Positions 56,372 through 62,676 of a stretch of 64,000 bases of DNA are shown piece by piece. Both the position numbers and the translations under genes were made by a program. The stretch lies in the sequence record OZ035806.1. One strand, given 5' to 3'. The stretch comes from Felixounavirus NRG857CP1. Position 1 is the stretch's first letter, and each line of letters starts with the position of its first letter. The notes beneath the pieces are model-generated. The model was not told the origin of the DNA. It did not search any database and saw only the letters and a list, made by a program, of their open reading frames with translations.

Positions 56372-57787
56372 ATGAGCGAGTTATTTAAACATGCGCACCT
56401 TCATGCAGGTCGAACTGAAAATGGTGCTGTAAACCATACTTCATCAATGTCTGCTCTGGTAGACTTCTACAAAGCCGCTGGCTCAAGCCGTAGCAATGTA
56501 GAAATCTTACCAGACCTGTTCTACAAAGCTTTGCGTGAGGATGTTGATGTTGCAGTTCGTATTTTACTGCATATGCGAGATGTACGAGAAGGCATGGGTG
56601 AGCGTAAAGCTTTCCGAACTGTTTTACTTCAAGCGATTGAAGATAAAGTTTTAGAACCTACACAGGTTCTTCGCATTATGGATAAGATTGCAGAACTTGG
56701 TCGTTTTGATGACTTCAAAATCTTCGTAGGTACTCGTTTCGAGACAGATGCCTTCAAACATTTAGAAGCAGCATTACTAGACCCTGCAACAGCAGGTTTA
56801 GCAGCTAAGTGGTTGCCACGAGTAAAACCACGCCACAAACAGTTTGTAAAACGTTTCTGTAAATTTGCAAACTTAAGCGAGAAGGAGTATCGCACACTGT
56901 TATCTGCACTGTCTGATACGGTTGAGCAAAAAATCTCTGCTAATGAGTTTGGTAAGATTGACTACAGCAAGATTCCTTCACTCGCTGCTGCACGTTACCA
57001 AAAACTCTTTAACCGTAAAGATGGAGAACGTTACAAAGCTTACATCGAATCACTCTCAAAGGGTGAGGCTAAGATTAACGCTGGTGCTGTTTACCCATAT
57101 GATGTGATTAAATCTATCAAGCATGGTAATGCAGATGTTGCTAATGAGCAGTGGAAAGCACTACCAAACTGGATGGCAGAAGGTGAGAACATCTTATGTA
57201 TGACTGATGTCTCAAGTTCAATGTCTTTGGTGAACTTTGGTTCAATTACTGCCCTTGATATTGGTGTATCACTTGCCTTGTATGTAGCAGAACGCAATAC
57301 AGGTTGCTTTAAAGATGAGTTAATGGTCTATTCAACAAACCCTCATTTCATTGAACTGAGTGGTGATTTACGAAACCGTCATCGTCAGGTAATGCGTCAT
57401 GTTGAATATGGTTCAACTAACTTACAAGCAGCTTTTGACCGTATTCTTGAAATAGGTAAGAGAAACAACTTGACTCAGAAAGATATGCCAAGTAAGCTTA
57501 TCATCTTCTCTGATATGGAGTTCAATCAGGTTGATGGTGCAAATGGTCGTACAAACTTTGAAGCAATTCAGAGTAAGTACAAAAAAGCTGGATACGAAAT
57601 GCCACAACTAGTATTCTGGTACTTAGCAAACCGTAATGGTACTTGCGAAGTATCTGTTAAGGATAATGGTGTAGCAATGGTATCAGGGTTCTCTCCAGCC
57701 ACTTTAAAAGCTCTGCTTGGTGGTGAGAAGTTTGACCCAATCAGCGTAATGCTCAAAGCAGTAATGATTGACCGTTACATCTGGTAA
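56372..57787 (+). CDS. vWA-like (MIDAS DxSxS) domain protein
   Basis: 471 aa; ILCMTDVSSSM resembles von Willebrand A MIDAS motif. Confidence 0.45.
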   Translation: MSELFKHAHLHAGRTENGAVNHTSSMSALVDFYKAAGSSRSNVEILPDLFYKALREDVDVAVRILLHMRDVREGMGERKAFRTVLLQAIEDKVLEPTQVLRIMDKIAELGRFDDFKIFVGTRFETDAFKHLEAALLDPATAGLAAKWLPRVKPRHKQFVKRFCKFANLSEKEYRTLLSALSDTVEQKISANEFGKIDYSKIPSLAAARYQKLFNRKDGERYKAYIESLSKGEAKINAGAVYPYDVIKSIKHGNADVANEQWKALPNWMAEGENILCMTDVSSSMSLVNFGSITALDIGVSLALYVAERNTGCFKDELMVYSTNPHFIELSGDLRNRHRQVMRHVEYGSTNLQAAFDRILEIGKRNNLTQKDMPSKLIIFSDMEFNQVDGANGRTNFEAIQSKYKKAGYEMPQLVFWYLANRNGTCEVSVKDNGVAMVSGFSPATLKALLGGEKFDPISVMLKAVMIDRYIW

Positions 57788-57952
57788 AAAGTTTTAAAAA
57801 GGGTATTGACAATGTGTTTAATACCCTTTAATATGTCCTACATAGAAACGAAATGAGAGCTTTTCTAAGATACTGAAAAATATTTTAAAAAAGTTCTTGA
57901 CAACCACTAAAAAATAATGTTAAAGTGGTTACATAGAGTTTGAAAAGTTTAT

Positions 57953-58029
57953 CTCTGTTTAGCTCAGCTTGGTAGAGCGTTCCGTTTGGGGCGGTAAGGC
58001 CGGAGGTTCAAGTCCTCCAACAGAGACCA
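57953..58029 (+). tRNA. tRNA-Pro (anticodon TGG)
   Basis: manual fold: acceptor CTCTGTT/AACAGAG, D-arm GCTCAGCTTGGTAGAGC, anticodon loop TTTGGGG, T-loop GGAGGTTCAAGTCCTCC, CCA encoded. Confidence 0.7.
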
Positions 58030-58036
58030 AATTAAT

Positions 58037-58114
58037 GTTCCAGTAGACAAAACGGTAAAGTCACCACTCTTTCAAAGTGGATATTTGAGGGTTCAAATCC
58101 CTTCTGGAACGCCA
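58037..58114 (+). tRNA. tRNA-Glu (anticodon TTC)
   Basis: acceptor GTTCCAG/CTGGAAC; anticodon arm CCACT-CTTTCAA-AGTGG; T-loop GAGGGTTCAAATCCCTT. Confidence 0.7.
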
Positions 58115-58121
58115 GTTTTGA

Positions 58122-58194
58122 CAGAAGACCAATTACAGCAAACTTAATCTTATTCATCTGAAGCTAAATCGGACAAAGAAGAGATTTGGTCTGG
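58122..58194 (+). repeat. inter-tRNA spacer element A (CAGAAGACC..GGTCTGG family)
   Basis: 5' box CAGAAGACCAATTACAGCAA, 3' box TTGGTCTGG; arms AGACCAA/TTGGTCT can pair. Confidence 0.5.
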
Positions 58195-58205
58195 TCATTA
58201 AGAAT

Positions 58206-58282
58206 TGCGGGTATAGAGAAAGGGCGTCTCACATGTCTCATTAGCATGGTATCGGCAGGTTCGACTCCTGCACCCGCCTCCA
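58206..58282 (+). tRNA. tRNA-Met or Ile2 (anticodon CAT)
   Basis: T8A9, D-stem GAGA/TCTC, anticodon arm CATGT-CTCATTA-GCATG, T-loop GCAGGTTCGACTCCTGC; acceptor base 1-72 ambiguous. Confidence 0.55.
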
Positions 58283-58288
58283 ATTTTG

Positions 58289-58348
58289 CAGAAGACCGTA
58301 TGCAGCAATAAACTACTTTTTGCGGATAAAAGAAAAAACACGGTCTGG
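58289..58348 (+). repeat. inter-tRNA spacer element B (CAGAAGACC..GGTCTGG family)
   Basis: CAGAAGACCGTATGCAGCAA...ACACGGTCTGG; arm pair GACCGT/ACGGTC covaries relative to element A. Confidence 0.5.
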
Positions 58349-58359
58349 CAATGTATTAA

Positions 58360-58436
58360 GGTTAGGAAGCACATAAGGTATGTGCGGTCGCCTGTTAAGC
58401 GAATGGCACAGGGTTCGAATCCCTGACTAACCGCCA
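58360..58436 (+). tRNA. tRNA-Asn (anticodon GTT)
   Basis: acceptor GGTTAGG/ACTAACC, anticodon loop CTGTTAA, T-loop CAGGGTTCGAATCCCTG, CCA encoded. Confidence 0.7.
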
Positions 58437-58445
58437 AATTTAAAT

Positions 58446-58533
58446 GTGTCGTTATCCCGTAGATGGTAGCGGTGGGGACTGTAAATCCCTTGTCATTGAG
58501 ACTCGGTAGGTTCGACTCCTACACGGCACACCA
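58446..58533 (+). tRNA. tRNA-Tyr (anticodon GTA), long variable arm
   Basis: anticodon arm GGGGA-CTGTAAA-TCCCT; long variable arm; T-loop GTAGGTTCGACTCCTAC; CCA encoded. Confidence 0.7.
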
Positions 58534-58539
58534 AATAAA

Positions 58540-58616
58540 GGTTATGTAGTTTAACTGGATAAAATACTCCCCTGTCACGGGAGATGATGTGAGTTCAAGT
58601 CTCATCGTAACCGCCA
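58540..58616 (+). tRNA. tRNA-Asp (anticodon GTC)
   Basis: acceptor GGTTATG/CGTAACC, anticodon arm CTCCC-CTGTCAC-GGGAG, T-loop GTGAGTTCAAGTCTCAT. Confidence 0.7.
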
Positions 58617-58677
58617 ATTTTGAGAGGGCTATTTAGCTCCTCCCTTAAAGAGTTCTTACGAGTATTCTTTAAAGGAG

Positions 58678-58754
58678 CAGAAGACCAATTACAGCAAGTA
58701 CGTATGATATTTTCAAGCCAATTTAATTTTGAAAAAATTTAAAACTTGGTCTGG
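58678..58754 (+). repeat. inter-tRNA spacer element C1 (CAGAAGACC..GGTCTGG family)
   Basis: CAGAAGACCAATTACAGCAAG...AAACTTGGTCTGG. Confidence 0.5.
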
Positions 58755-58767
58755 CTCAACAAATTTA

Positions 58768-58899
58768 CAGAAGACCGTTTACAGCAAAACTTAAACAATC
58801 TATTTCTCCGGTAAAGAAAAGGCGAAGGTTCGATTCCTTCACTCGGCAGATGTCGAGTTGGTGTAATGGTAGCACTTAAGATGATAAACAACGGTCTGG
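58768..58899 (+). repeat. inter-tRNA spacer element C2, containing tRNA-like fragments
   Basis: CAGAAGACCGTTTACAGCAAAAC...AACAACGGTCTGG; internal GAAGGTTCGATTCCTTC T-arm-like and GTCGAGTTGGTGTAATGGTAGCAC D-arm-like pieces in non-canonical order. Confidence 0.45.
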
Positions 58900-58900
58900 T

Positions 58901-59044
58901 AATTATCTTTGTAGATAAGTTATTAAGCTTACCTGTGAGTATGCGACCACAAAGGGTGAAAGGGTAAATTCTAGATTTAAACCCAACAAGGCACATCGCT
59001 ACAGACCTTAAGCAAGTCTGGGTAGCTTATCTACAAAGATAATT
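58901..59044. repeat. element bounded by a perfect 19-bp inverted repeat
   Basis: left AATTATCTTTGTAGATAAG, right CTTATCTACAAAGATAATT, about 106 bp between. Confidence 0.55.
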
Positions 59045-59048
59045 TAAT

Positions 59049-59124
59049 GGAAGTGTAGCAGAATGGTGATGCGGCAGACTTTTAATCTGACAGGCGATGG
59101 GTTCGAATCCCTCCACTTCTACCA
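59049..59124 (+). tRNA. tRNA-Lys (anticodon TTT)
   Basis: acceptor GGAAGTG/CACTTCT, anticodon loop CTTTTAA, T-loop TGGGTTCGAATCCC; paralogous to tRNA at 60758. Confidence 0.6.
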
Positions 59125-59128
59125 ATAT

Positions 59129-59205
59129 GGTTCAGTCGCAGATAAGGTAATGCAGGGGTCTCATAAGCCCTATGAATGTGGGTTCGATTCCCATCTGAAC
59201 CTCCA
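59129..59205 (+). tRNA. tRNA-Met (anticodon CAT), three G-C pairs in anticodon stem
   Basis: acceptor GGTTCAG/CTGAACC, anticodon arm GGGGT-CTCATAA-GCCCT, T-loop GTGGGTTCGATTCCCAT. Confidence 0.6.
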
Positions 59206-59207
59206 AT

Positions 59208-59282
59208 TGTGGGTTAGCATAAATGGTAATGCAAACGGCTGATAACCGTTAGAAGAGGGTTCGATACCCTCACCTACAACCA
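59208..59282 (+). tRNA. tRNA-Ile (anticodon GAT)
   Basis: D-arm GCATAAATGGTAATGC, anticodon arm AACGG-CTGATAA-CCGTT, T-loop GAGGGTTCGATACCCTC. Confidence 0.7.
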
Positions 59283-59296
59283 ATTTCAATAAAGTT

Positions 59297-59326
59297 GTTG
59301 ACATTAAGATGTGACCACTTTATAGT
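59297..59326 (+). promoter_or_regulatory. strong sigma70-like promoter inside tRNA cluster
   Basis: TTGACA-17 nt-TATAGT (GTTGTTGACATTAAGATGTGACCACTTTATAGTAACT). Confidence 0.55.
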
Positions 59327-59649
59327 AACTGAAAATGATTCAGCATATGTATAATTCAAACACCAATACATGAGTGTTAGACGTAACACAATGTGGGGAA
59401 ATTTGTTGTACATGTTCTGAATAGTTTTCGTTGCGTAGCGTCTATTTTGCAAATTTAAAATAAATGCAAACGACAATGTTTTTCTGGCAGTAGCTTGATA
59501 GGCTAAACACCAGTGAGGTCTTCCAATCCCTCATCAAAGAATTTGGCGTACTCGCCCACGGTATGATTAATAAGGTGGGCAACATTCTAAAGGGTATCCC
59601 TTATGGGGCTTGGCTTAAATGCAATGAGTACCCTTTAAAATGTTAATTA

Positions 59650-59731
59650 CGGGGCGTATCTCAGCGGTCTTCTAAACCGCCGTTAACCGAGTAAGTGGAG
59701 TATGCGGGTTCGAGTCCTGCCGCCTCGACCA
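59650..59731 (+). tRNA. atypical tRNA-like gene, possibly tRNA-Arg (TCT)
   Basis: canonical acceptor CGGGGCG/CGCCTCG, T-loop GCGGGTTCGAGTCCTGC, hairpin GCGGT-CTTCTAA-ACCGC; D region does not fold canonically. Confidence 0.4.
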
Positions 59732-59746
59732 ATTTTGGATGAAATC

Positions 59747-60094
59747 ATGAAAACTTGTATTAGGTGCAAACTTAGCAAGGATGAAAGTGATTTCTACATG
59801 AAAGATGGTAGGAGAACTCATTCATACTGTAAAAAGTGTGTTAATGAGCAAACCATAGAAAGACAAAGAGCACTTAAACTTTCAGCTATTGAGTACAAAG
59901 GTGGGGTTTGTCATGATTGTGGTAAAAGGTATCATCCAGCAGTGTATGACTTCCATCATTTGAATCCTTCAGATAAAGATTTTAACATTGGTCATAGAAA
60001 AAGTCTTAAGTTCTCTCAGGAGCTAAAGGACGAACTTGACAAATGTGTTTTGCTATGTTCAAATTGCCATAGGGTAAGACATGCAAAGTATTAG
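59747..60094 (+). CDS. HNH endonuclease embedded in tRNA cluster
   Basis: CIRC..CKKC zinc finger, HH..N..H core, CSNCH; start at ATG just after tRNA (track ORF begins 59702 inside the tRNA). Confidence 0.7.
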   Translation: MKTCIRCKLSKDESDFYMKDGRRTHSYCKKCVNEQTIERQRALKLSAIEYKGGVCHDCGKRYHPAVYDFHHLNPSDKDFNIGHRKSLKFSQELKDELDKCVLLCSNCHRVRHAKY

Positions 60095-60231
60095 TTAGCA
60101 GATTGCTTAGACGACCTTATCGGGTCTCCGTGTAAGGAGGTGGTCTGTATCTCATGTTTTCCAGAACATGTAAATAATCTGAGAAGGGGCTTTACAGTGT
60201 TGAGATAATACGGTAAGCTTCGAATTATAGT

Positions 60232-60314
60232 ATGGGACGATGTTAAGACTCTAAGGCATGAGCAACGGCCTCCAAAACCGTTTCAAAGGGGTTCAACTCC
60301 TCCGTCCCATGCCA
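60232..60314 (+). tRNA. tRNA-Trp (anticodon CCA), extended D region
   Basis: acceptor ATGGGAC/GTCCCAT, anticodon arm ACGGC-CTCCAAA-ACCGT, T-loop GGGGTTCAACTCCTCC; D region about 7 nt longer than usual. Confidence 0.45.
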
Positions 60315-60327
60315 AAGTCTTATTAGG

Positions 60328-60415
60328 GGTAGGTAGCGGCTAATGGCAGCCAAACAGTCTTGAAAACTGTTGCCACTGTAGAGATACGGTGAGGGTTCGA
60401 CTCCTTTACTTACCG
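60328..60415 (+). tRNA. tRNA-Ser (anticodon TGA), long variable arm
   Basis: anticodon arm ACAGT-CTTGAAA-ACTGT; about 20-nt variable arm; T-loop GAGGGTTCGACTCCTTT. Confidence 0.7.
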
Positions 60416-60572
60416 CCTAATAAGATTTAAAGCCAAGCTTCATTCGGATGTTGCTTTGGTATACCGCGTGTATTGTTGTACGCACTGATAAAGCACCTAG
60501 TAGGTGTCACGGAGAAGAGATAATATCAAGCTCTCCAAAGGTTCTAGTCACCGGATTAAACAAGACTATGCA

Positions 60573-60596
60573 AAGACCTTTTTAGGTCTTTTTAGA
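60573..60596 (+). terminator. terminator-like hairpin in tRNA cluster
   Basis: AAAGACC-TTTTTA-GGTCTTTTT. Confidence 0.4.
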
Positions 60597-60672
60597 GGGC
60601 TTCTAAGGTTATTACAGCTTGTTGTGGAACCTTGTTGCTTAGGTTCTTAGAAGTTCTCTAAAAAGATTTAAT

Positions 60673-60750
60673 GGGAGATTGACGGTAATTGGTAAACCTA
60701 CCATCCTTAGAAGTTGGTGTTTGAGGGTTCGAATCCCTTGTCTCCTACCA
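60673..60750 (+). tRNA. tRNA-Leu (anticodon TAG), short variable arm
   Basis: acceptor GGGAGAT/GTCTCCT, anticodon arm CCATC-CTTAGAA-GTTGG, T-loop GAGGGTTCGAATCCCTT, A73. Confidence 0.5.
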
Positions 60751-60757
60751 AATTAAT

Positions 60758-60833
60758 GCAGGTGTAGCAAAATGGTTATGCGGCTGACTCTTAATCAGTA
60801 AGACGATGGGTTCAATTCCCTCCACCTGTACCA
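60758..60833 (+). tRNA. tRNA-Lys (anticodon CTT)
   Basis: acceptor GCAGGTG/CACCTGT, anticodon arm GCTGA-CTCTTAA-TCAGT, T-loop TGGGTTCAATTCCC. Confidence 0.65.
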
Positions 60834-60839
60834 AAAAAT

Positions 60840-60915
60840 GGGGTCATAGTTTATATGGTTAAAATTCGAGTTTTGCAAACTTGGGAACTGAGTTCAATTC
60901 TCAGTGACTCCACCA
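60840..60915 (+). tRNA. tRNA-Ala (anticodon TGC)
   Basis: acceptor GGGGTCA/TGACTCC with G3-U70 pair (Ala identity element); anticodon arm CGAGT-TTTGCAA-ACTTG; T-loop CTGAGTTCAATTCTCAG. Confidence 0.75.
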
Positions 60916-60921
60916 ATTAGT

Positions 60922-60996
60922 GCATCCATAGTTTAAACGGGAAAATTACAGTCTTCCAAACTGAGGTTGAGGGTTCGATTCCCTCTGGATGCTCCA
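60922..60996 (+). tRNA. tRNA-Gly (anticodon TCC)
   Basis: acceptor GCATCCA/TGGATGC, anticodon arm ACAGT-CTTCCAA-ACTGA, T-loop GAGGGTTCGATTCCCTC. Confidence 0.75.
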
Positions 60997-61003
60997 AATT
61001 AAT

Positions 61004-61079
61004 GCTCCTATCGTATAATTGGCTATTACGGTTGCCTTGTAAGCAACTTATCAGGGTTCGAATCCTTGTGGGAGCACCA
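61004..61079 (+). tRNA. tRNA-Thr (anticodon TGT)
   Basis: acceptor GCTCCTA/TGGGAGC, anticodon arm GTTGC-CTTGTAA-GCAAC, T-loop CAGGGTTCGAATCCTTG. Confidence 0.75.
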
Positions 61080-61175
61080 ATTCAGAGGTCAAGTGAAAGA
61101 CCGCTTTGAGTCAACTGAAGACCGTAACAAATTCCACGGAGTTGAGTTAGCGGCACAACTTCAGACCTCTTTCAC

Positions 61176-61250
61176 ACTCGCTTAGTTTATATGGTAAAAC
61201 ACCACCCTTACAAGATGAAGAAAAAGGTTCAAGTCCTTTAGTGAGTACCA
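61176..61250 (+). tRNA. tRNA-Val (anticodon TAC), weak anticodon stem
   Basis: acceptor ACTCGCT/AGTGAGT, D-arm GTTT..AAAC, anticodon loop CTTACAA, T-loop AAAGGTTCAAGTCCTTT. Confidence 0.5.
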
Positions 61251-61251
61251 T

Positions 61252-61329
61252 GTTCCAGTATCCCAATTGGCAGAGGATGCAAGCTCAAACCTTGTATTAG
61301 TGACGGTTCGAATCCGTCTTGGAACACCA
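61252..61329 (+). tRNA. tRNA-Leu (anticodon CAA), short variable arm
   Basis: acceptor GTTCCAG/TTGGAAC, anticodon arm GCAAG-CTCAAAC-CTTGT, T-loop GACGGTTCGAATCCGTC, A73. Confidence 0.5.
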
Positions 61330-61334
61330 ATTTT

Positions 61335-61410
61335 GCAGGATTAGTTCAAATGGATAGAGCAACAGTCTACGAAACTGTTAATAGGGGTTCGAATCCCTTA
61401 TCCTGCGCCA
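61335..61410 (+). tRNA. tRNA-Arg (anticodon ACG)
   Basis: acceptor GCAGGAT/ATCCTGC, anticodon arm ACAGT-CTACGAA-ACTGT, T-loop GGGGTTCGAATCCC. Confidence 0.75.
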
Positions 61411-61428
61411 GATAAGCAAGAGGAATTT

Positions 61429-61671
61429 ATGCAAACATTAATCGTCGTTGAACATGAAAATCCCAATAGTATTGAGTTTGTAAGGGTTCCCACTATAGAT
61501 ACCCACATTTTCTTAAAAGTCGGATGGGAATGCGACCCAATAAAAGTAGAAAGATTTATTGGTCATTGCTTTTGTGGAAGACAACTTAAAAGTGTCAATT
61601 TTGAGACAATGTTACCAGAAAGCTCAGAAACAAGTAATAATGCTTACCTCCTTACGAGGGTTAGACAATGA
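61429..61671 (+). CDS. hypothetical small protein in tRNA cluster
   Basis: 80 aa ORF with AGGAAT RBS-like sequence. Confidence 0.35.
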   Translation: MQTLIVVEHENPNSIEFVRVPTIDTHIFLKVGWECDPIKVERFIGHCFCGRQLKSVNFETMLPESSETSNNAYLLTRVRQ

Positions 61672-62225
61672 GATACTTAAAATATGCTTCATGGATTTTC
61701 TTAGCTTTGCTAGAACCACTTGCAGCAATACTAGCAGTTATCTTAGCACCTTTCGTAGTTCCATTCTACAGTGAGAAGAAAGGACATCTACCTTTTGGAT
61801 TCAGATGGATGGAGACCTATGACAACCCAATTGATGGTGATGAAGGTCACGTTAAAAGATGGGCTAATATTAGATGGATTGGTAAACTAGGTGTCTACAT
61901 GCAAAGAGTTGGATGGCTCTGGAGAAACAAAGCTTATAACTTCTCTTACCATGTGTTAGGAAGAGATGTAAAAGATGTTACTAAGTGGAAAGGTAATATC
62001 AACGTAAGTTCTAACCCTGAAGATAATCAGACTGGTTATCTCCTAATGTGGAACAGGAATGCTTGGGGATTATTCGCTTTTATCCCATCAATTAAAATCT
62101 TTGGTAAACAATTTTACTGGAGAATTTATATTGGATGGAAACTAAAAAGCGTTGTCCCAGAAGAAAGAGCATTCTCAAGGGAAAGAGTTATGTTGGCATT
62201 CTTTATTCATCCACTAAGAAAGTAA
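61668..62225 (+). CDS. hypothetical membrane-associated protein in tRNA cluster
   Basis: 185 aa; N-terminal hydrophobic helices; Trp-rich. Confidence 0.4.
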   Translation: MRYLKYASWIFLALLEPLAAILAVILAPFVVPFYSEKKGHLPFGFRWMETYDNPIDGDEGHVKRWANIRWIGKLGVYMQRVGWLWRNKAYNFSYHVLGRDVKDVTKWKGNINVSSNPEDNQTGYLLMWNRNAWGLFAFIPSIKIFGKQFYWRIYIGWKLKSVVPEERAFSRERVMLAFFIHPLRK

Positions 62226-62233
62226 AGATTTAA

Positions 62234-62309
62234 AGGGGATTAGTTTACAAGGTTAAAACCTCGGTCTTTGAAATCGAAGAAGTTGGTTCAATTCCAACAT
62301 CCCCCGCCA
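62234..62309 (+). tRNA. tRNA-Gln (anticodon TTG)
   Basis: anticodon arm TCGGT-CTTTGAA-ATCGA, D-arm GTTT..AAAC, T-loop GTTGGTTCAATTCCAAC, CCA encoded. Confidence 0.65.
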
Positions 62310-62311
62310 AT

Positions 62312-62390
62312 GCTCCATTACTCCAATTGGCAGAGAGGCCAGACTTAAAATCTGTGTTATGTATCGGTTCGAATCCGATATGGAGTACCA
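62312..62390 (+). tRNA. tRNA-Leu (anticodon TAA), short variable arm
   Basis: acceptor GCTCCAT/ATGGAGT, anticodon loop CTTAAAA, T-loop ATCGGTTCGAATCCGAT, A73. Confidence 0.55.
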
Positions 62391-62395
62391 AATTT

Positions 62396-62471
62396 AGCGG
62401 TATAGCATAACTGGCAATGCAGCAGTCTCTGAAGCTGTCTTATTAAGGTTCAAATCCTTATGCCGCTGCCA
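62396..62471 (+). tRNA. tRNA-Gln (anticodon CTG)
   Basis: acceptor AGCGGTA/TGCCGCT, D-arm GCAT..ATGC, anticodon arm GCAGT-CTCTGAA-GCTGT, T-loop TAAGGTTCAAATCCTTA. Confidence 0.6.
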
Positions 62472-62502
62472 CTTCTAAGGATTCTTACGAGAGTCCTTAA
62501 AT

Positions 62503-62578
62503 GTGGCCTTATCATAAATGGTAATGACCCATGCTGTGAACATGGTCTATACGGGTTCAAATCCCGTAGGTCACCCCA
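62503..62578 (+). tRNA. tRNA-His (anticodon GTG)
   Basis: anticodon arm CCATG-CTGTGAA-CATGG, T-loop ACGGGTTCAAATCCCGT, discriminator C73. Confidence 0.7.
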
Positions 62579-62583
62579 ATTTA

Positions 62584-62658
62584 TAGTCCAAGTAGCTTAT
62601 ATGGTTAAAGCGCGTGTCTGAAAAACATGAGAAGAGGGTTCAAATCCCACTGGACTAC
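62584..62658 (+). tRNA. tRNA-Phe (anticodon GAA)
   Basis: acceptor TAGTCCA/TGGACTA, anticodon arm CGTGT-CTGAAAA-ACATG, T-loop GAGGGTTCAAATCCCAC; junction between acceptor and D-arm ambiguous. Confidence 0.6.
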
Positions 62659-62676
62659 CAATTTCAAAGGTGCTTA

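Noticed and set aside
58198-58996. Minus-strand ORFs 58198..58437 and 58739..58996 in the tRNA cluster
   Set aside because: They overlap tRNA genes and spacer elements on the opposite strand; one depends on a non-ATG start.
59270-59476. Minus-strand ORF in the promoter/leader region of the tRNA cluster
   Set aside because: Overlaps a strong plus-strand promoter and tRNA 3' end; no RBS; composition atypical.
62614-62676. Upstream extension of CDS 62677..63411 to the GTG at 62614
   Set aside because: The extension lies inside the tRNA-Phe gene; the first ATG after the tRNA is the plausible start. The same logic was applied at 59702 (HNH), 26019 (HNH) and 22017.
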